Assembly (NCBI GenBank): GCA_043808155.1
Contig: JAZDFD010000024.1
Coordinates: 10,017-74,016, forward strand
From: Candidatus Iainarchaeum sp.
GTDB lineage: Archaea > Iainarchaeota > Iainarchaeia > Iainarchaeales > JAZDFD01
Length of the DNA: 64,000 nucleotides
Reading direction: 5' to 3'
Shown here piece after piece: positions 1-9,569 of the stretch (within the stretch, counting starts at the first letter, position 1; each line of letters starts with the position of its first letter). The position numbers and the translations under genes are program-made. The notes under the pieces were generated by a model. That model saw only the letters and a program-made list of their open reading frames with translations, did no database searches and was not told where the DNA came from.

Positions 1-345
1 CGGCAATTCGGTGAAGGTGCAGAAATAGAATTTATCTCATCTAAACCCATGAATAAAAAATTAAGCAGAGTATACACTTTAGAAATACCTGCAAAATATA
101 GGGAAGAACAAAGAGGACTAAAACAAGTTTATGAAAACAATGAATATTTAAAATCAAAACGGAAGGATACATATTTTACTCACGAAGCAAATTTAATAGA
201 AACGCGAGCTGCTAATTATTTAACTCCAATTTTTGTGAGAAAATCAGCACATTTCATTGACGGTCTTGCAAAAAGAAGTGTTGGGCATCTTAAAAAAAGA
301 GAGAAAAGTAAACCTAAACACATCATTAGACGGAAATTGCTATAA
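1..345 (+). CDS. hypothetical protein, probably 5'-truncated by the window edge
   Basis: Frame of ORF 49..345 is open from position 1; basic C-terminus; no recognisable motif. Confidence 0.4.
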   Translation, partial: RQFGEGAEIEFISSKPMNKKLSRVYTLEIPAKYREEQRGLKQVYENNEYLKSKRKDTYFTHEANLIETRAANYLTPIFVRKSAHFIDGLAKRSVGHLKKREKSKPKHIIRRKLL

Positions 346-376
346 CTTTAAATTACATATGCGTCTTCTTTATTGT

Positions 377-1192
377 ATGAATAAAAAATTGATTGCGCAG
401 TTAATTCTGATTTTTTTAATAACACAGGCATTTGGTTTGTTTGTTGCATCTGAACTTCTTATAAGTAATACAGAGGTTCCGGCATTTGGAGAAAACAAAA
501 ACGATGTAATGAGTGCAGTTTTTCTCTTTGTGTATATTCTCGTTTTTACTGGCGCTCTTCTTTTGTTTATGAAATTCTTCAAAGGAAAAGGAATGTTCAA
601 ATTACTTGAAGCACTGATTATTTTTTCAACAACGTTAATTGTTGTTGATGTTTTAGTTCCAGGAGTGGGATTGCTTTTTGCAGTATTAATGGTTGCATTG
701 AGAAATGTTTTGCCTAATCATATTATGCTGAGAAATGTTTCATCAATTATTGCAGTTGTTGGTGCAGGTGCATTAATTGGGATTTCATTAGGATGGTTTC
801 CAGTTCTTGTATTCATGGTTTTGCTTTCAACATACGACATTATTGCAGTATTCGGAACTAAACATATGGTGACGATGGGTAAAGCCATGACAAAAAATAA
901 TTTAGCATTTACAGTTGCAATGCCAACTAAAGAACATACTTTTGAAATGGGAACAGGGGATCTTGTAATTCCTTTAACTTTTGCAGTTTCACTAATGGGG
1001 TTTGGTTTTGACACATCAGGTGTGATTAATTTGATTCCATCAATACTTGTTTTGTTTGGGTCATTAGTGGGACTTCTCTGGACAATTGATTATAGTTCCA
1101 AACATGTGGGAACAGCATTGCCTGCTTTACCACCTCAAACATTATGCATGTTAATAATGTTTGGAATTGCAATGTTAACTGGTTTGTTTTAA
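377..1192 (+). CDS. presenilin/signal-peptide-peptidase family intramembrane aspartyl protease (PSH)
   Basis: Multi-TM protein with YD (STYD), GxGD (MGTGD) and PALP motifs; likely start MNKKLIAQ at 377 (ORF track starts at 257). Confidence 0.9.
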   Translation: MNKKLIAQLILIFLITQAFGLFVASELLISNTEVPAFGENKNDVMSAVFLFVYILVFTGALLLFMKFFKGKGMFKLLEALIIFSTTLIVVDVLVPGVGLLFAVLMVALRNVLPNHIMLRNVSSIIAVVGAGALIGISLGWFPVLVFMVLLSTYDIIAVFGTKHMVTMGKAMTKNNLAFTVAMPTKEHTFEMGTGDLVIPLTFAVSLMGFGFDTSGVINLIPSILVLFGSLVGLLWTIDYSSKHVGTALPALPPQTLCMLIMFGIAMLTGLF

Positions 1193-1227
1193 ACAAATTG
1201 TTTTGAGCAATTTGTCAGGCACTTATT

Positions 1228-1737
1228 TTAAGCACCGAAAAATGCAACTCTTAAACCAGATAATCCATAATATCCTGCTAAACCAAGAAGTATGTAACGC
1301 GGGACTTTTCCAATTAAAGCACCCAGAAGAAATTTTTTAGGATCGTATTTTATCAGACCTGCAGCAATACCAATTAAATCAAATGGAAAAGGAGTGAAGG
1401 CGCCTAATGCAATTATTGCGATTCCTTTATTCTTTATTCTTTTTGTAAGTCTTTCAATTTTTAACGCATCTTCAGGTTTTACTTTTTCTAGTCCTTTGTG
1501 GCCCATTCTTCCAACTAAATAAGATGTCATTTCTCCAAGAGCTGCACCCAAACCAGCAATAAAACCTGCAATAAGAACAACGAATAAATCATTGGACATC
1601 GCACCAATTCCAAAAATCAGAAAATCAATCGGCACTGGGAATATAATCGTTGCATTTGCAACCAAAGAAGCTATGAAGAGCCCCAAATAACCAAAATTAT
1701 TAAAAAGCTCAGCAATAAAGACTTGTAATTCTGACAT
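1228..1737 (-). CDS. VTT/SNARE-associated (DedA-like) membrane protein
   Basis: Hydrophobic; GAALGEMTSYLVGR and PFPFDLIGIAAG...GKVPRY patterns typical of the family. Confidence 0.85.
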   Translation of the reverse strand: MSELQVFIAELFNNFGYLGLFIASLVANATIIFPVPIDFLIFGIGAMSNDLFVVLIAGFIAGLGAALGEMTSYLVGRMGHKGLEKVKPEDALKIERLTKRIKNKGIAIIALGAFTPFPFDLIGIAAGLIKYDPKKFLLGALIGKVPRYILLGLAGYYGLSGLRVAFFGA

Positions 1738-1802
1738 AAAGTATCACTTGACAATAAATTAAATGAACTATATTAATAATACTTTGCGAACGTGAGAATA
1801 TT

Positions 1803-2207
1803 ATGGAATATGAAAAAATGCTTGACCGTTTATACGAGTCTCTGCCAAAGCACACTCTGAACAGAGAGAGATTTGAAATGCCTGAGGCTGAATCATTCAT
1901 TCAGGGAAATAAGACTATTTTGAAGAATTTTGGTGCGGTTCTTAAGAAAATCAGCAGAGATGAGAAGCATATTATAAAGTATTTTGCAAAGGAAACTGCA
2001 ACTTCCGTGAACCAGGAAGAAGGACGACTAGTTTTGAACAGAAAATTCCCTTCGGAGCAGGTTAATAAAATACTTAGAAATTACATCACCCAATTCGTGC
2101 TTTGTCCTGAATGCAAAAGACCTGACACAGAGATAGTTGATAAGCACGGTGTAAGGATGTTGCATTGTGAAGCATGCGGAGCTGTTTCCGCAGTTAAGGG
2201 GTTGTGA
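1803..2207 (+). CDS. eif2b: translation initiation factor aIF2 beta subunit
   Basis: MEYEKMLDRLY...RFEMP...GNKT; C-terminal zinc ribbon CPECKRPDT...CEACGA. Confidence 0.95.
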   Translation: MEYEKMLDRLYESLPKHTLNRERFEMPEAESFIQGNKTILKNFGAVLKKISRDEKHIIKYFAKETATSVNQEEGRLVLNRKFPSEQVNKILRNYITQFVLCPECKRPDTEIVDKHGVRMLHCEACGAVSAVKGL

Positions 2208-2500
2208 GTATCTATTTCAAAAGTCACAAATCTCCAAAAGGAAATGTGCTTGCTGTTTGCGATAAGGAACTTATTGGAAAAATTCTTGAAGAAAATCATT
2301 TTCATTTTGAAATCTATGAATCATTTTACAAAGGTGAAAAAATCACCCCAAAGAAACTGAAAAAACTGATTCATGAATTTGATAATATCAATTTAGTCGG
2401 GGAAAAATCAGTCGGGATTGCGATTTCTGAAAAAATTGCATCTGAAAAAAATGTGATAAGAATAAAAAACGTCCCCCACGTACAAATCTTTACAATATAG
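2204..2500 (+). CDS. DUF424 family protein
   Basis: LAVCDKELIGK...FYKGE...NLVGEKSV...VPHVQI pattern; usual neighbour of aIF2beta. Confidence 0.85.
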   Translation: MSIYFKSHKSPKGNVLAVCDKELIGKILEENHFHFEIYESFYKGEKITPKKLKKLIHEFDNINLVGEKSVGIAISEKIASEKNVIRIKNVPHVQIFTI

Positions 2501-2512
2501 GAGTTAGATAAT

Positions 2513-2845
2513 TTGGCACATTTTAAAAAAAAGCAAAAAAATCCTGCAACAGATGAAGAATTAATTATCCGAATCCGTTTTCCCAGAAAACAGGATAATG
2601 AACAGTTTGGTTTTGTTACCCAACTGATGGGCGCTAATCAGATTAAAGTCAGGTGTGAAGACGGATTGGAAAGAAACTGCAGAATCCCAGGCAAGCTTAA
2701 GAAGAAAGTCTGGATAAGAGATGGTGATTTAGTTGTTGTTAAAGTTTGGGATTTCCAGCCAATCAAAGGGGATATTGTATGGAGATACTTGCCTCCGCAA
2801 ACCAATCATTTGAGAAGAAAGGGCTTACTTAAAAATCTGGAATAA
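2513..2845 (+). CDS. eif1a: translation initiation factor aIF1A
   Basis: LMGANQIKVRCEDG..RNCRIPGKLKKKVWIRDGDLVVV...KGDIVWRY OB-fold signature. Confidence 0.95.
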   Translation: MAHFKKKQKNPATDEELIIRIRFPRKQDNEQFGFVTQLMGANQIKVRCEDGLERNCRIPGKLKKKVWIRDGDLVVVKVWDFQPIKGDIVWRYLPPQTNHLRRKGLLKNLE

Positions 2846-2887
2846 TTCTTTTTCTTAAAATGTAAAGAATAAAAACTCGAAATTAGT

Positions 2888-3649
2888 GTGTTTTTTATGG
2901 AAGATGAATTTGACTTACGGCAATACGTACCGGAAGAAGACGCGAGAAAAACTTTTGCAAAAGTTTTTGATAAAAGTACTATTGAAACAATTCACAAACT
3001 TGCAACAAAAAGATATTTTGATATTGTAGAATTTGCAATAAGCACTGGCAAAGAAGCACATGTTTTCAGAGCAGTTGATACATCAGGGAATTTCAGGGCA
3101 GTTAAAATTTACAAAACAGAAACTTCTGATTTTAAACACATGACCCAGTACATTGAGGGCGACAGACGATTTAAGGGAGTGAAAAAAAACAAGAGAGATA
3201 TTGTTTTTACCTGGGCAAAAAAAGAATTCAAAAATCTTAGTTTACTTACAAAAGCAGGAGTAAGAGTTCCAATGCCAATTGCACAGATGGACAATGTTGT
3301 TGTAATGGAATTCATTGGAAAAAATGGGGAAGCGTCACCACTTCTGAAAGATAAGGATTTTCCAGATTCCCAGAAAGTTTATGATTTCATTGTTGAGGCT
3401 TTTGTGAAAATGGTTCAGAAAGCAGAACTCGTCCACGCGGATCTTTCACAATATAATATCATCAATAATGGCGATGAATTAGTGATTATTGACTGCGGTC
3501 AGTCAGTGCTTACTTCACACCCAAAAGCAGAGGAATTCTTTGAACGCGATGTGAAAAACATGGCTAATTACTTCCAGAAAATTGGAATTAAAACTGATTT
3601 TAAGGCTCTGAGGGCAGCCATAAAGGCAAAGAAGGCTGAATTTTCATAG
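2888..3649 (+). CDS. rio1: RIO1 serine/threonine kinase
   Basis: ISTGKEAHVF, AVKIY, LVHADLSQYNI, IIDCGQSV motifs; conserved aIF1A-Rio1-KH gene order. Confidence 0.95.
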   Translation: MFFMEDEFDLRQYVPEEDARKTFAKVFDKSTIETIHKLATKRYFDIVEFAISTGKEAHVFRAVDTSGNFRAVKIYKTETSDFKHMTQYIEGDRRFKGVKKNKRDIVFTWAKKEFKNLSLLTKAGVRVPMPIAQMDNVVVMEFIGKNGEASPLLKDKDFPDSQKVYDFIVEAFVKMVQKAELVHADLSQYNIINNGDELVIIDCGQSVLTSHPKAEEFFERDVKNMANYFQKIGIKTDFKALRAAIKAKKAEFS

Positions 3650-3679
3650 AAGCGTATTTAAAAGTATTGTGAATAGATA

Positions 3680-3706
3680 TAATATATACATATATAGTAT
3701 ATATTA
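3680..3706. repeat. AT-rich perfect inverted repeat upstream of the KH-top6B-top6A run
   Basis: TAATATATAC-N7-GTATATATTA, just downstream of TATA-like TTTAAAA at about 3657-3663. Confidence 0.45.
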
Positions 3707-3736
3707 GAGGAAAAAAGAGCCTTCTTGTGTGGTTTT

Positions 3737-4270
3737 ATGGACGAATTTGTTAGGATTCCAGAGGAACGGATTGGTGTTCTTGTAGGTCCCAAAGGGGCTG
3801 TGAAGCGGGAAATTGAGAAGAAAACAGGCACTAGAATAGAAATTGACAGTGAGTCAGGGGAAGTGGAAATTTCCTCAAAAAAAGAAGATGCACTTAAATT
3901 CTACAAAGCAGTGGATATTGTAAAAGCAATTGCACGCGGGTTTTCCCCGGAACATGCGATTTCACTTCTGAAAGACAGTTTTATTCTCGAAATTATAAAA
4001 ATCGCAGAGTATGCTGGAAAATCAGAAAAAGCAATTGCGGCAAAACGCGCACGCATTATTGGAAAGCATGGGACAGCAAGAGAAGAAATTGAAAACGACA
4101 CAGGCTGTTTTATTTCAGTGTATGGTAAAACAATTTCAATTATTGGACATGCAGATAAAATTGAAAAAACAAGAAAAGCAGTTGAGATGTTAATGGAAGG
4201 TGCAAAACACTCAACAGCATTTGAATTTTTGAAAAAGGATAAAAAGAAATCGGATAAATTTGAATTATGA
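3737..4270 (+). CDS. KH-domain RNA-processing protein (Pno1/Dim2/Krr1 family)
   Basis: RIGVLVGPKG and RIIGKHG GxxG KH loops; KAIARGFSPE; likely start MDEFVRIP. Confidence 0.92.
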   Translation: MDEFVRIPEERIGVLVGPKGAVKREIEKKTGTRIEIDSESGEVEISSKKEDALKFYKAVDIVKAIARGFSPEHAISLLKDSFILEIIKIAEYAGKSEKAIAAKRARIIGKHGTAREEIENDTGCFISVYGKTISIIGHADKIEKTRKAVEMLMEGAKHSTAFEFLKKDKKKSDKFEL

Positions 4271-4294
4271 AATGAACGTAAATGAAATTATTAA

Positions 4295-6031
4295 ATGAAA
4301 CGAATGAAAAAGGTGACATTTATGGCAGAAGAATTAGAAAAAGAAATTCCAATAAAAAATATTACTGCAGAGGAATTAGCAAAAGAATTCAAAGAACATT
4401 CAGTTGCTGAATTTTTCCAGAAAAACAAACAAATGCTTGGTTTGTACGGAAAAGTGAGAACACTTACAACAGTTGTTCACGAGTATGTTACAAATTCTAT
4501 TGATGCATGTGAAGAATCGGGTTTTCTGCCAGATATTGAAGTTAAGATTGATGAATTAGGAGAAGAATATTATGAAGTCACTATTAAAGACAACGGTCCT
4601 GGTTTAACTGAACAGACAGTTGGAAAAGCATTGGGCCAGCTTCTTGCAGGAACTAAGTTTCACAGATTAATGCAGAGCAGAGGACAGCAGGGAATTGGTT
4701 CAAGCGCTTGTACAATGCTTTCACAAATGACAACTGGAAAACCAATTAAAGTTATTACAGGAACCGGGAAAGGAAAACCAATTTCACTGGAGCTTACAAT
4801 TGATCCTAAAAAGAACGCACCCAAAATTACAAACATTAAAGAAGTAAGTAAAGATTTCAGAGGAACTGCAATTCAGGCAAAATTCAAAGGCGTGATTTAC
4901 AGAGACTCTGAACAGGGTGTTTTAGAGTACCTGAGAAGAACTGCAATTGCAAATCCCCATGTTGAGATTTCATTCAGGGCACCTAACGGAACAAAAATTG
5001 TTTTTAAAAGAACACAAAATAAAATTCCGAAATTACCAACTGCAGTTAAACCACACCCAAAAGGAATTGCAGTTAATGAATTAATTTCAATGGCAAAATA
5101 TACTGATGCAAGAAAAGTTAATTCTTTTTTGAAGAATGATTTTGACAGAATGGGAAACAAATCATTAGAGGACCTCGCCAAAAAGGTTAATTTTGATTTA
5201 AATAAAGATCCGAGACAATTAGCATGGCACGAAGCAGAAGAAATTATCAAAGCATTTAAGGAAATTGATTTTATTGCACCTAAGGCAGATGGTTTGAGAC
5301 CTATTGGTGAAGAACAAATAAGAAAATCAATCAACAGTATTGTAACTCCTGATTTTTTAACTGTGATTACAAGAAAGCCGCAGGTTTATGCAGGTGGATT
5401 TCCTTTCCAGGTTGAAGTTGCTATTGCATATGGTGGTGGCGCAGGAAGATCAATGGGTGACGAGAAAAAAGTAGAAATTATGAGATTTGCAAACCGCGTG
5501 CCATTACTTTTTGATGCAGGGAATGATGCAATAACAAAAGCAGTTCATTCAATTGACTGGAAAAGATATGATATCAGAGATGTTGATAATGCACCGCTCA
5601 CAATAATGGTTAATTTCATTTCTGTGCACATCCCTTACACTGGTGCGGGAAAGCAGGCAATTGCAGATGAAGAGGAAGTGGTTGAAGAATTAAGACTTGC
5701 TTTAATGGATTCAGGAAGAAAAGCAGGTAGATTCATTTCAGGAAAGAAACGAGAAAAAGAAATGCAGATGAAAAGACAGCTGTTCTACAAATATATTCCG
5801 GAAATTGCAGGTGCTTTGGGAAGACTGACAAAAACAAATGAAGATATGCTGAAAAAGAATCTCGAAAAAATGGTTCTTGAAAAATTAAAGTTAGATGAAG
5901 CTAAAATGATTGAAATTAATGACGAGGAAAATGCAAAAACCAAAGATAAGCAAGCAGACATTAAGGAAAAGAAAATGGGAATTGCAGAAAAAATCGTTAA
6001 GAAAAAAGTGAAAAAAGAAGGTAAAAGGTGA
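4295..6031 (+). CDS. top6B: DNA topoisomerase VI subunit B
   Basis: GHKL ATPase motifs HEYVTNSIDA, DNGPG, QSRGQQGIG; RFANRVPLL transducer region. Confidence 0.97.
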   Translation: MKRMKKVTFMAEELEKEIPIKNITAEELAKEFKEHSVAEFFQKNKQMLGLYGKVRTLTTVVHEYVTNSIDACEESGFLPDIEVKIDELGEEYYEVTIKDNGPGLTEQTVGKALGQLLAGTKFHRLMQSRGQQGIGSSACTMLSQMTTGKPIKVITGTGKGKPISLELTIDPKKNAPKITNIKEVSKDFRGTAIQAKFKGVIYRDSEQGVLEYLRRTAIANPHVEISFRAPNGTKIVFKRTQNKIPKLPTAVKPHPKGIAVNELISMAKYTDARKVNSFLKNDFDRMGNKSLEDLAKKVNFDLNKDPRQLAWHEAEEIIKAFKEIDFIAPKADGLRPIGEEQIRKSINSIVTPDFLTVITRKPQVYAGGFPFQVEVAIAYGGGAGRSMGDEKKVEIMRFANRVPLLFDAGNDAITKAVHSIDWKRYDIRDVDNAPLTIMVNFISVHIPYTGAGKQAIADEEEVVEELRLALMDSGRKAGRFISGKKREKEMQMKRQLFYKYIPEIAGALGRLTKTNEDMLKKNLEKMVLEKLKLDEAKMIEINDEENAKTKDKQADIKEKKMGIAEKIVKKKVKKEGKR

Positions 6032-6036
6032 TGTGA

Positions 6037-8658
6037 ATGGCAAAAGGAAAAACTGAGAAAAAAGCAAAAATCAAAAAATCAAGCAAGCTGGATGCATCAC
6101 CAAAAGAAATCGCAGCAAGATTAGAAGCTTCAGCAAAAGAAATGGTTGAATCTATTAAGAAAAAACAGGATCCTGAATTTATAACAAAACAGAGGGGCAA
6201 AAGCAATGTGAATTTTGATGAGGATTCAGGTCTTATTGAATTAGGTGCAAAAGAAACAACAAGGAATTTTTTGAATATTGGTCATGCTAAAAAGTTTATG
6301 CAGACAACATTAGTTGCTGAGAAAACACATGATTATTTGAAACAGAATAAAACTGCGTCAATTCGTGAAATCTATTATGAATTAAAACACACAATAAAAG
6401 ACACACATGAAAACACATTTGAAGACCAGACAGAAAGTGATTCAGTAATTGTTGATTTAGAGCATTCAGTTGACACAATCAGAGAAAAACTAAATCTTCA
6501 TGCAAATCCAAAAGGAACTCTTTATGGTGACATTACATTAGTTGATGTTGTTCATAATAAAGACACTTTTAATGCTTCAAAGCTTGGAAGAGGCGGCTGG
6601 AGTATTATGAGCCGAATGGAACCAGAAGAAATTAAAATCAAAAAAATAGATGCAAATTATATCCTTGTTATTGAAACAGCTGCAATGTATGAAAGACTTG
6701 TAGAAGAAGGTTTCCCTAAAAAGCACAGGGCAATTTTAGTTGGTACGGGTGGTCAGGCAGCGCGTGGTACAAGAAGATTGATTCATAGATTGCATGCAGA
6801 ATCAAAACTTCCTGTTTATGTTTTCAGTGTTGATGGTGAAGAAACAGTTGTGATTGAAGAAAATGGCTTTATTAGAAATGTTCAATTGAAAGAGCTTATG
6901 GAAGGAAAAGATTTGCTGAAAGTTGATGGCATTATAGAAAATGAAAGAAGTTCACTTAACGCAAGATCGATGTGCTTTAATGATAAAAAAGTTTCTTTTG
7001 GGCAAGTAAATCAGGTTATCAGACACCCCATTGTAGAAGATTTGTATGAAGTAAAAACAGATGTGGGATATAACGTGAAGTTGACAAGATCTCACAGTTT
7101 AATTGTTTATGATTCTAAAAAACACGAATTTGTTGAGAAAACTCCTTTGGAAGTTGATAAGGAAACTGATTTTGCAATTGTGAGCCTTGATGTTCCAAAC
7201 AATGAAAGTGTAAGAGAAATTGATTTAGCAGAATTTGCTTTAAAACACAGAAATGCAAAAATTGAAGAAGATGAAATTGTGAATGTAAAAAATAAAAGAA
7301 GTCTTCCAAGATTTATTAAAAAAGAACAACTGAATGATTTTTGCAGATTGTTGGGATATTATGCTGCAGAAGGACATACAGGAGATTATGATGTTTGCCT
7401 AAGTTTTAATATTACAGAACGTGAATATATTGAAGATGTTAAAGAAATTGGAAACAGTTTGTTTGGAATTGATGTAAAAGAGCATAACCCACACAAAACA
7501 CTTTCACAGATTAAGTTTAATAGCACAATTCTTGCATCACTATTCACAGAAATTGCTTCAACTGGCAGCAATAACAAAAGAGTACCTGATATTGTATTCA
7601 ATGTTCCGACATCTGCAAAAAAAGAATTTTTGAAAGGTTATTTTAGAGGAGATGGTAGGGTTGATTTTAATGAAAAAAAATCTTCAGTTGAATTATGGGC
7701 AAAAACTGTGAGTAAAAAGCTTGCTTATGATTTAGTTTTGCTTATTTCGCAAATTGGCGCAAATGCAACAATTCAATATCCAAAAATTTCAGAAGACGAG
7801 CATGAAGTTGAAATAGAAACAGTTTCAGGAGTATATAAAACAAAAATCATCGCAAAACAAACGCCATATTTAGTAAGTGTTTCAAATAAAGCAGCTTTGC
7901 AGGTGTTAAAAGAAATTGTTGCAGAACTAAGACCCGAAGCAATAGCACATATTGAAAACAATCATATAAAAACTCCAAAACTTGATTCACTGCCAAGAGA
8001 ATTTGTTGAACATTTTAGAGAAAATTTAAGAAATGAATTTAGAGGAGAACTTGAAAAACGATTACCGCCTGCAACGTTCCAATGGCCAAGAATTTCAAAA
8101 GAAAAATTAAGAAAACTGCTTGCAGAAAGAGAACTTAGTGAAGAACTTGAATTACTGAGAAATATTGCAGAAAGTAAAACAACATTTGCAAGAATTAAAG
8201 ACATTGAAAAAGTTGAAGCAACAGATAAATATGTTTACGATATTGAAATGGCTAATACGCACAGATTCTTTTCAAATTTTATTTGTGTGCACAATACAGA
8301 TGGGGACCCTTACGGATGGTACATATATTCTGTAATTAAGCAAGGTTCAATGGCGTTAGCAGCACACTCAGGTATGTTATCAGTTCCAGATGCAAAATAT
8401 ATTGGGATGACATTAGATGATGTTAAAACATATGGCTTAGAAAATGTAACTGAAAAAATGAAAGAAGGCGACATCAAAAGAGCAAAAGAAATGATGGACT
8501 ATCCATGGTTCCAGACAAAAGAATGGCAGGCGCAGTTAAAGAAATCCATAAGTGAAAAAATCAGAATTGAACAACAGGCACTTGCAAACAAATCATTAGA
8601 TTTTGTTGCAAGGGAATATCTCCCTCAAAAAATCAAAAAGAAAGATTTCTTGCCATAA
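6037..8658 (+). CDS. top6A: DNA topoisomerase VI subunit A, intein-containing precursor
   Basis: SIREIYY catalytic Tyr region, Toprim IET and (VF)TDGDPYG after intein removal, RIEQQAL; directly follows top6B. Confidence 0.95.
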   Translation: MAKGKTEKKAKIKKSSKLDASPKEIAARLEASAKEMVESIKKKQDPEFITKQRGKSNVNFDEDSGLIELGAKETTRNFLNIGHAKKFMQTTLVAEKTHDYLKQNKTASIREIYYELKHTIKDTHENTFEDQTESDSVIVDLEHSVDTIREKLNLHANPKGTLYGDITLVDVVHNKDTFNASKLGRGGWSIMSRMEPEEIKIKKIDANYILVIETAAMYERLVEEGFPKKHRAILVGTGGQAARGTRRLIHRLHAESKLPVYVFSVDGEETVVIEENGFIRNVQLKELMEGKDLLKVDGIIENERSSLNARSMCFNDKKVSFGQVNQVIRHPIVEDLYEVKTDVGYNVKLTRSHSLIVYDSKKHEFVEKTPLEVDKETDFAIVSLDVPNNESVREIDLAEFALKHRNAKIEEDEIVNVKNKRSLPRFIKKEQLNDFCRLLGYYAAEGHTGDYDVCLSFNITEREYIEDVKEIGNSLFGIDVKEHNPHKTLSQIKFNSTILASLFTEIASTGSNNKRVPDIVFNVPTSAKKEFLKGYFRGDGRVDFNEKKSSVELWAKTVSKKLAYDLVLLISQIGANATIQYPKISEDEHEVEIETVSGVYKTKIIAKQTPYLVSVSNKAALQVLKEIVAELRPEAIAHIENNHIKTPKLDSLPREFVEHFRENLRNEFRGELEKRLPPATFQWPRISKEKLRKLLAERELSEELELLRNIAESKTTFARIKDIEKVEATDKYVYDIEMANTHRFFSNFICVHNTDGDPYGWYIYSVIKQGSMALAAHSGMLSVPDAKYIGMTLDDVKTYGLENVTEKMKEGDIKRAKEMMDYPWFQTKEWQAQLKKSISEKIRIEQQALANKSLDFVAREYLPQKIKKKDFLP
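6826..8295 (+). mobile_element. 490-aa cis-intein with LAGLIDADG endonuclease domain in Top6A
   Basis: Begins SVDGEE (Ser1); block B TRSH; LLGYYAAEG and FLKGYFRGDG; YVYDIEM...CVHN/T end; removal restores LPVYVF-TDGDPYG. Confidence 0.93.
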
Positions 8659-8702
8659 TACACTAGTAAATTATTAATATTAGTAACTACTTCTATTATG
8701 CA

Positions 8703-9224
8703 ATGATTGAAATAAGGATACATGGGCGTGGGGGGCAGGGAGTGAAACTTGCTGCCAAGATAATTAGCAGAGCTGCTTATCTTTCTGGTTATTATACACA
8801 GGATTTTGCAATTTATGGTGCTGAAAGGCAGGGAGCTCCTGTTATTAGTTCTGTGAGAATTGATAAAAATCCAATTAAAGATAGGGGCTATTTGTTCAAT
8901 CCAGATATAATCATTATTCTGGATGATTCAATTGATAGTAATGATACTTTGAAAGGTAAAAAAAGTGACACGCAGATTTACATTAACACAATGCACGAAA
9001 TGAAAAAAAAGAACACACATGCTTTTGATGCAACAAGTATTGCAATTGATAAGATTGGAATTCCGAAAGTTAATGTTGCATTTTTAGGTGCGTTTGTTAA
9101 AAAGTTTGATTTGATTTCTTTTAAGAACTTGGAAAAATCAGTAAGAGAAGAACTTAAATCACATCCAAAAGTAATTGATAAGAATTTAGAAGCTGCAAAA
9201 GCATGTTATGAAAAAATGACATGA
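8703..9224 (+). CDS. pyruvate/2-oxoacid:ferredoxin oxidoreductase gamma subunit
   Basis: MIEIRIHGRGGQG...YGAERQGAP. Confidence 0.93.
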   Translation: MIEIRIHGRGGQGVKLAAKIISRAAYLSGYYTQDFAIYGAERQGAPVISSVRIDKNPIKDRGYLFNPDIIIILDDSIDSNDTLKGKKSDTQIYINTMHEMKKKNTHAFDATSIAIDKIGIPKVNVAFLGAFVKKFDLISFKNLEKSVREELKSHPKVIDKNLEAAKACYEKMT

Positions 9225-9275
9225 TAAAGTGAAAATGAAGTGAAGTAATAAGATGAAAATTGATGAAGTGTTAAA

Positions 9276-9569
9276 ATGAGTAAAATAATTCCGGAAGAAA
9301 AACTCAGAAGTCAAGGTTTGAAGGGAGTACCTTATTCTGTTGCAGGTAAAAATATTCCAAACAGAGGATCCTGGAGAACACACGTCCCAAAGTTTGATGA
9401 CAGCAAATGCATCAAATGTGGTTTGTGCTGGCTGCAATGTCCAGACAATGCAATAAAAGAAAAAAAAGATGGTTTTTATGAATCTGATTCAAGATTATGT
9501 AAAGGCTGTTTTATTTGTGCAAAAATATGTCCTGTTAAAGCAATTGAAATGGTAAGGGAAAAGAAATGA
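9276..9569 (+). CDS. porD: 2-oxoacid:ferredoxin oxidoreductase delta subunit (2x[4Fe-4S])
   Basis: GSWRT..P, CIKCGLCWLQCPD, CKGCFICAKICP. Confidence 0.92.
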   Translation: MSKIIPEEKLRSQGLKGVPYSVAGKNIPNRGSWRTHVPKFDDSKCIKCGLCWLQCPDNAIKEKKDGFYESDSRLCKGCFICAKICPVKAIEMVREKK

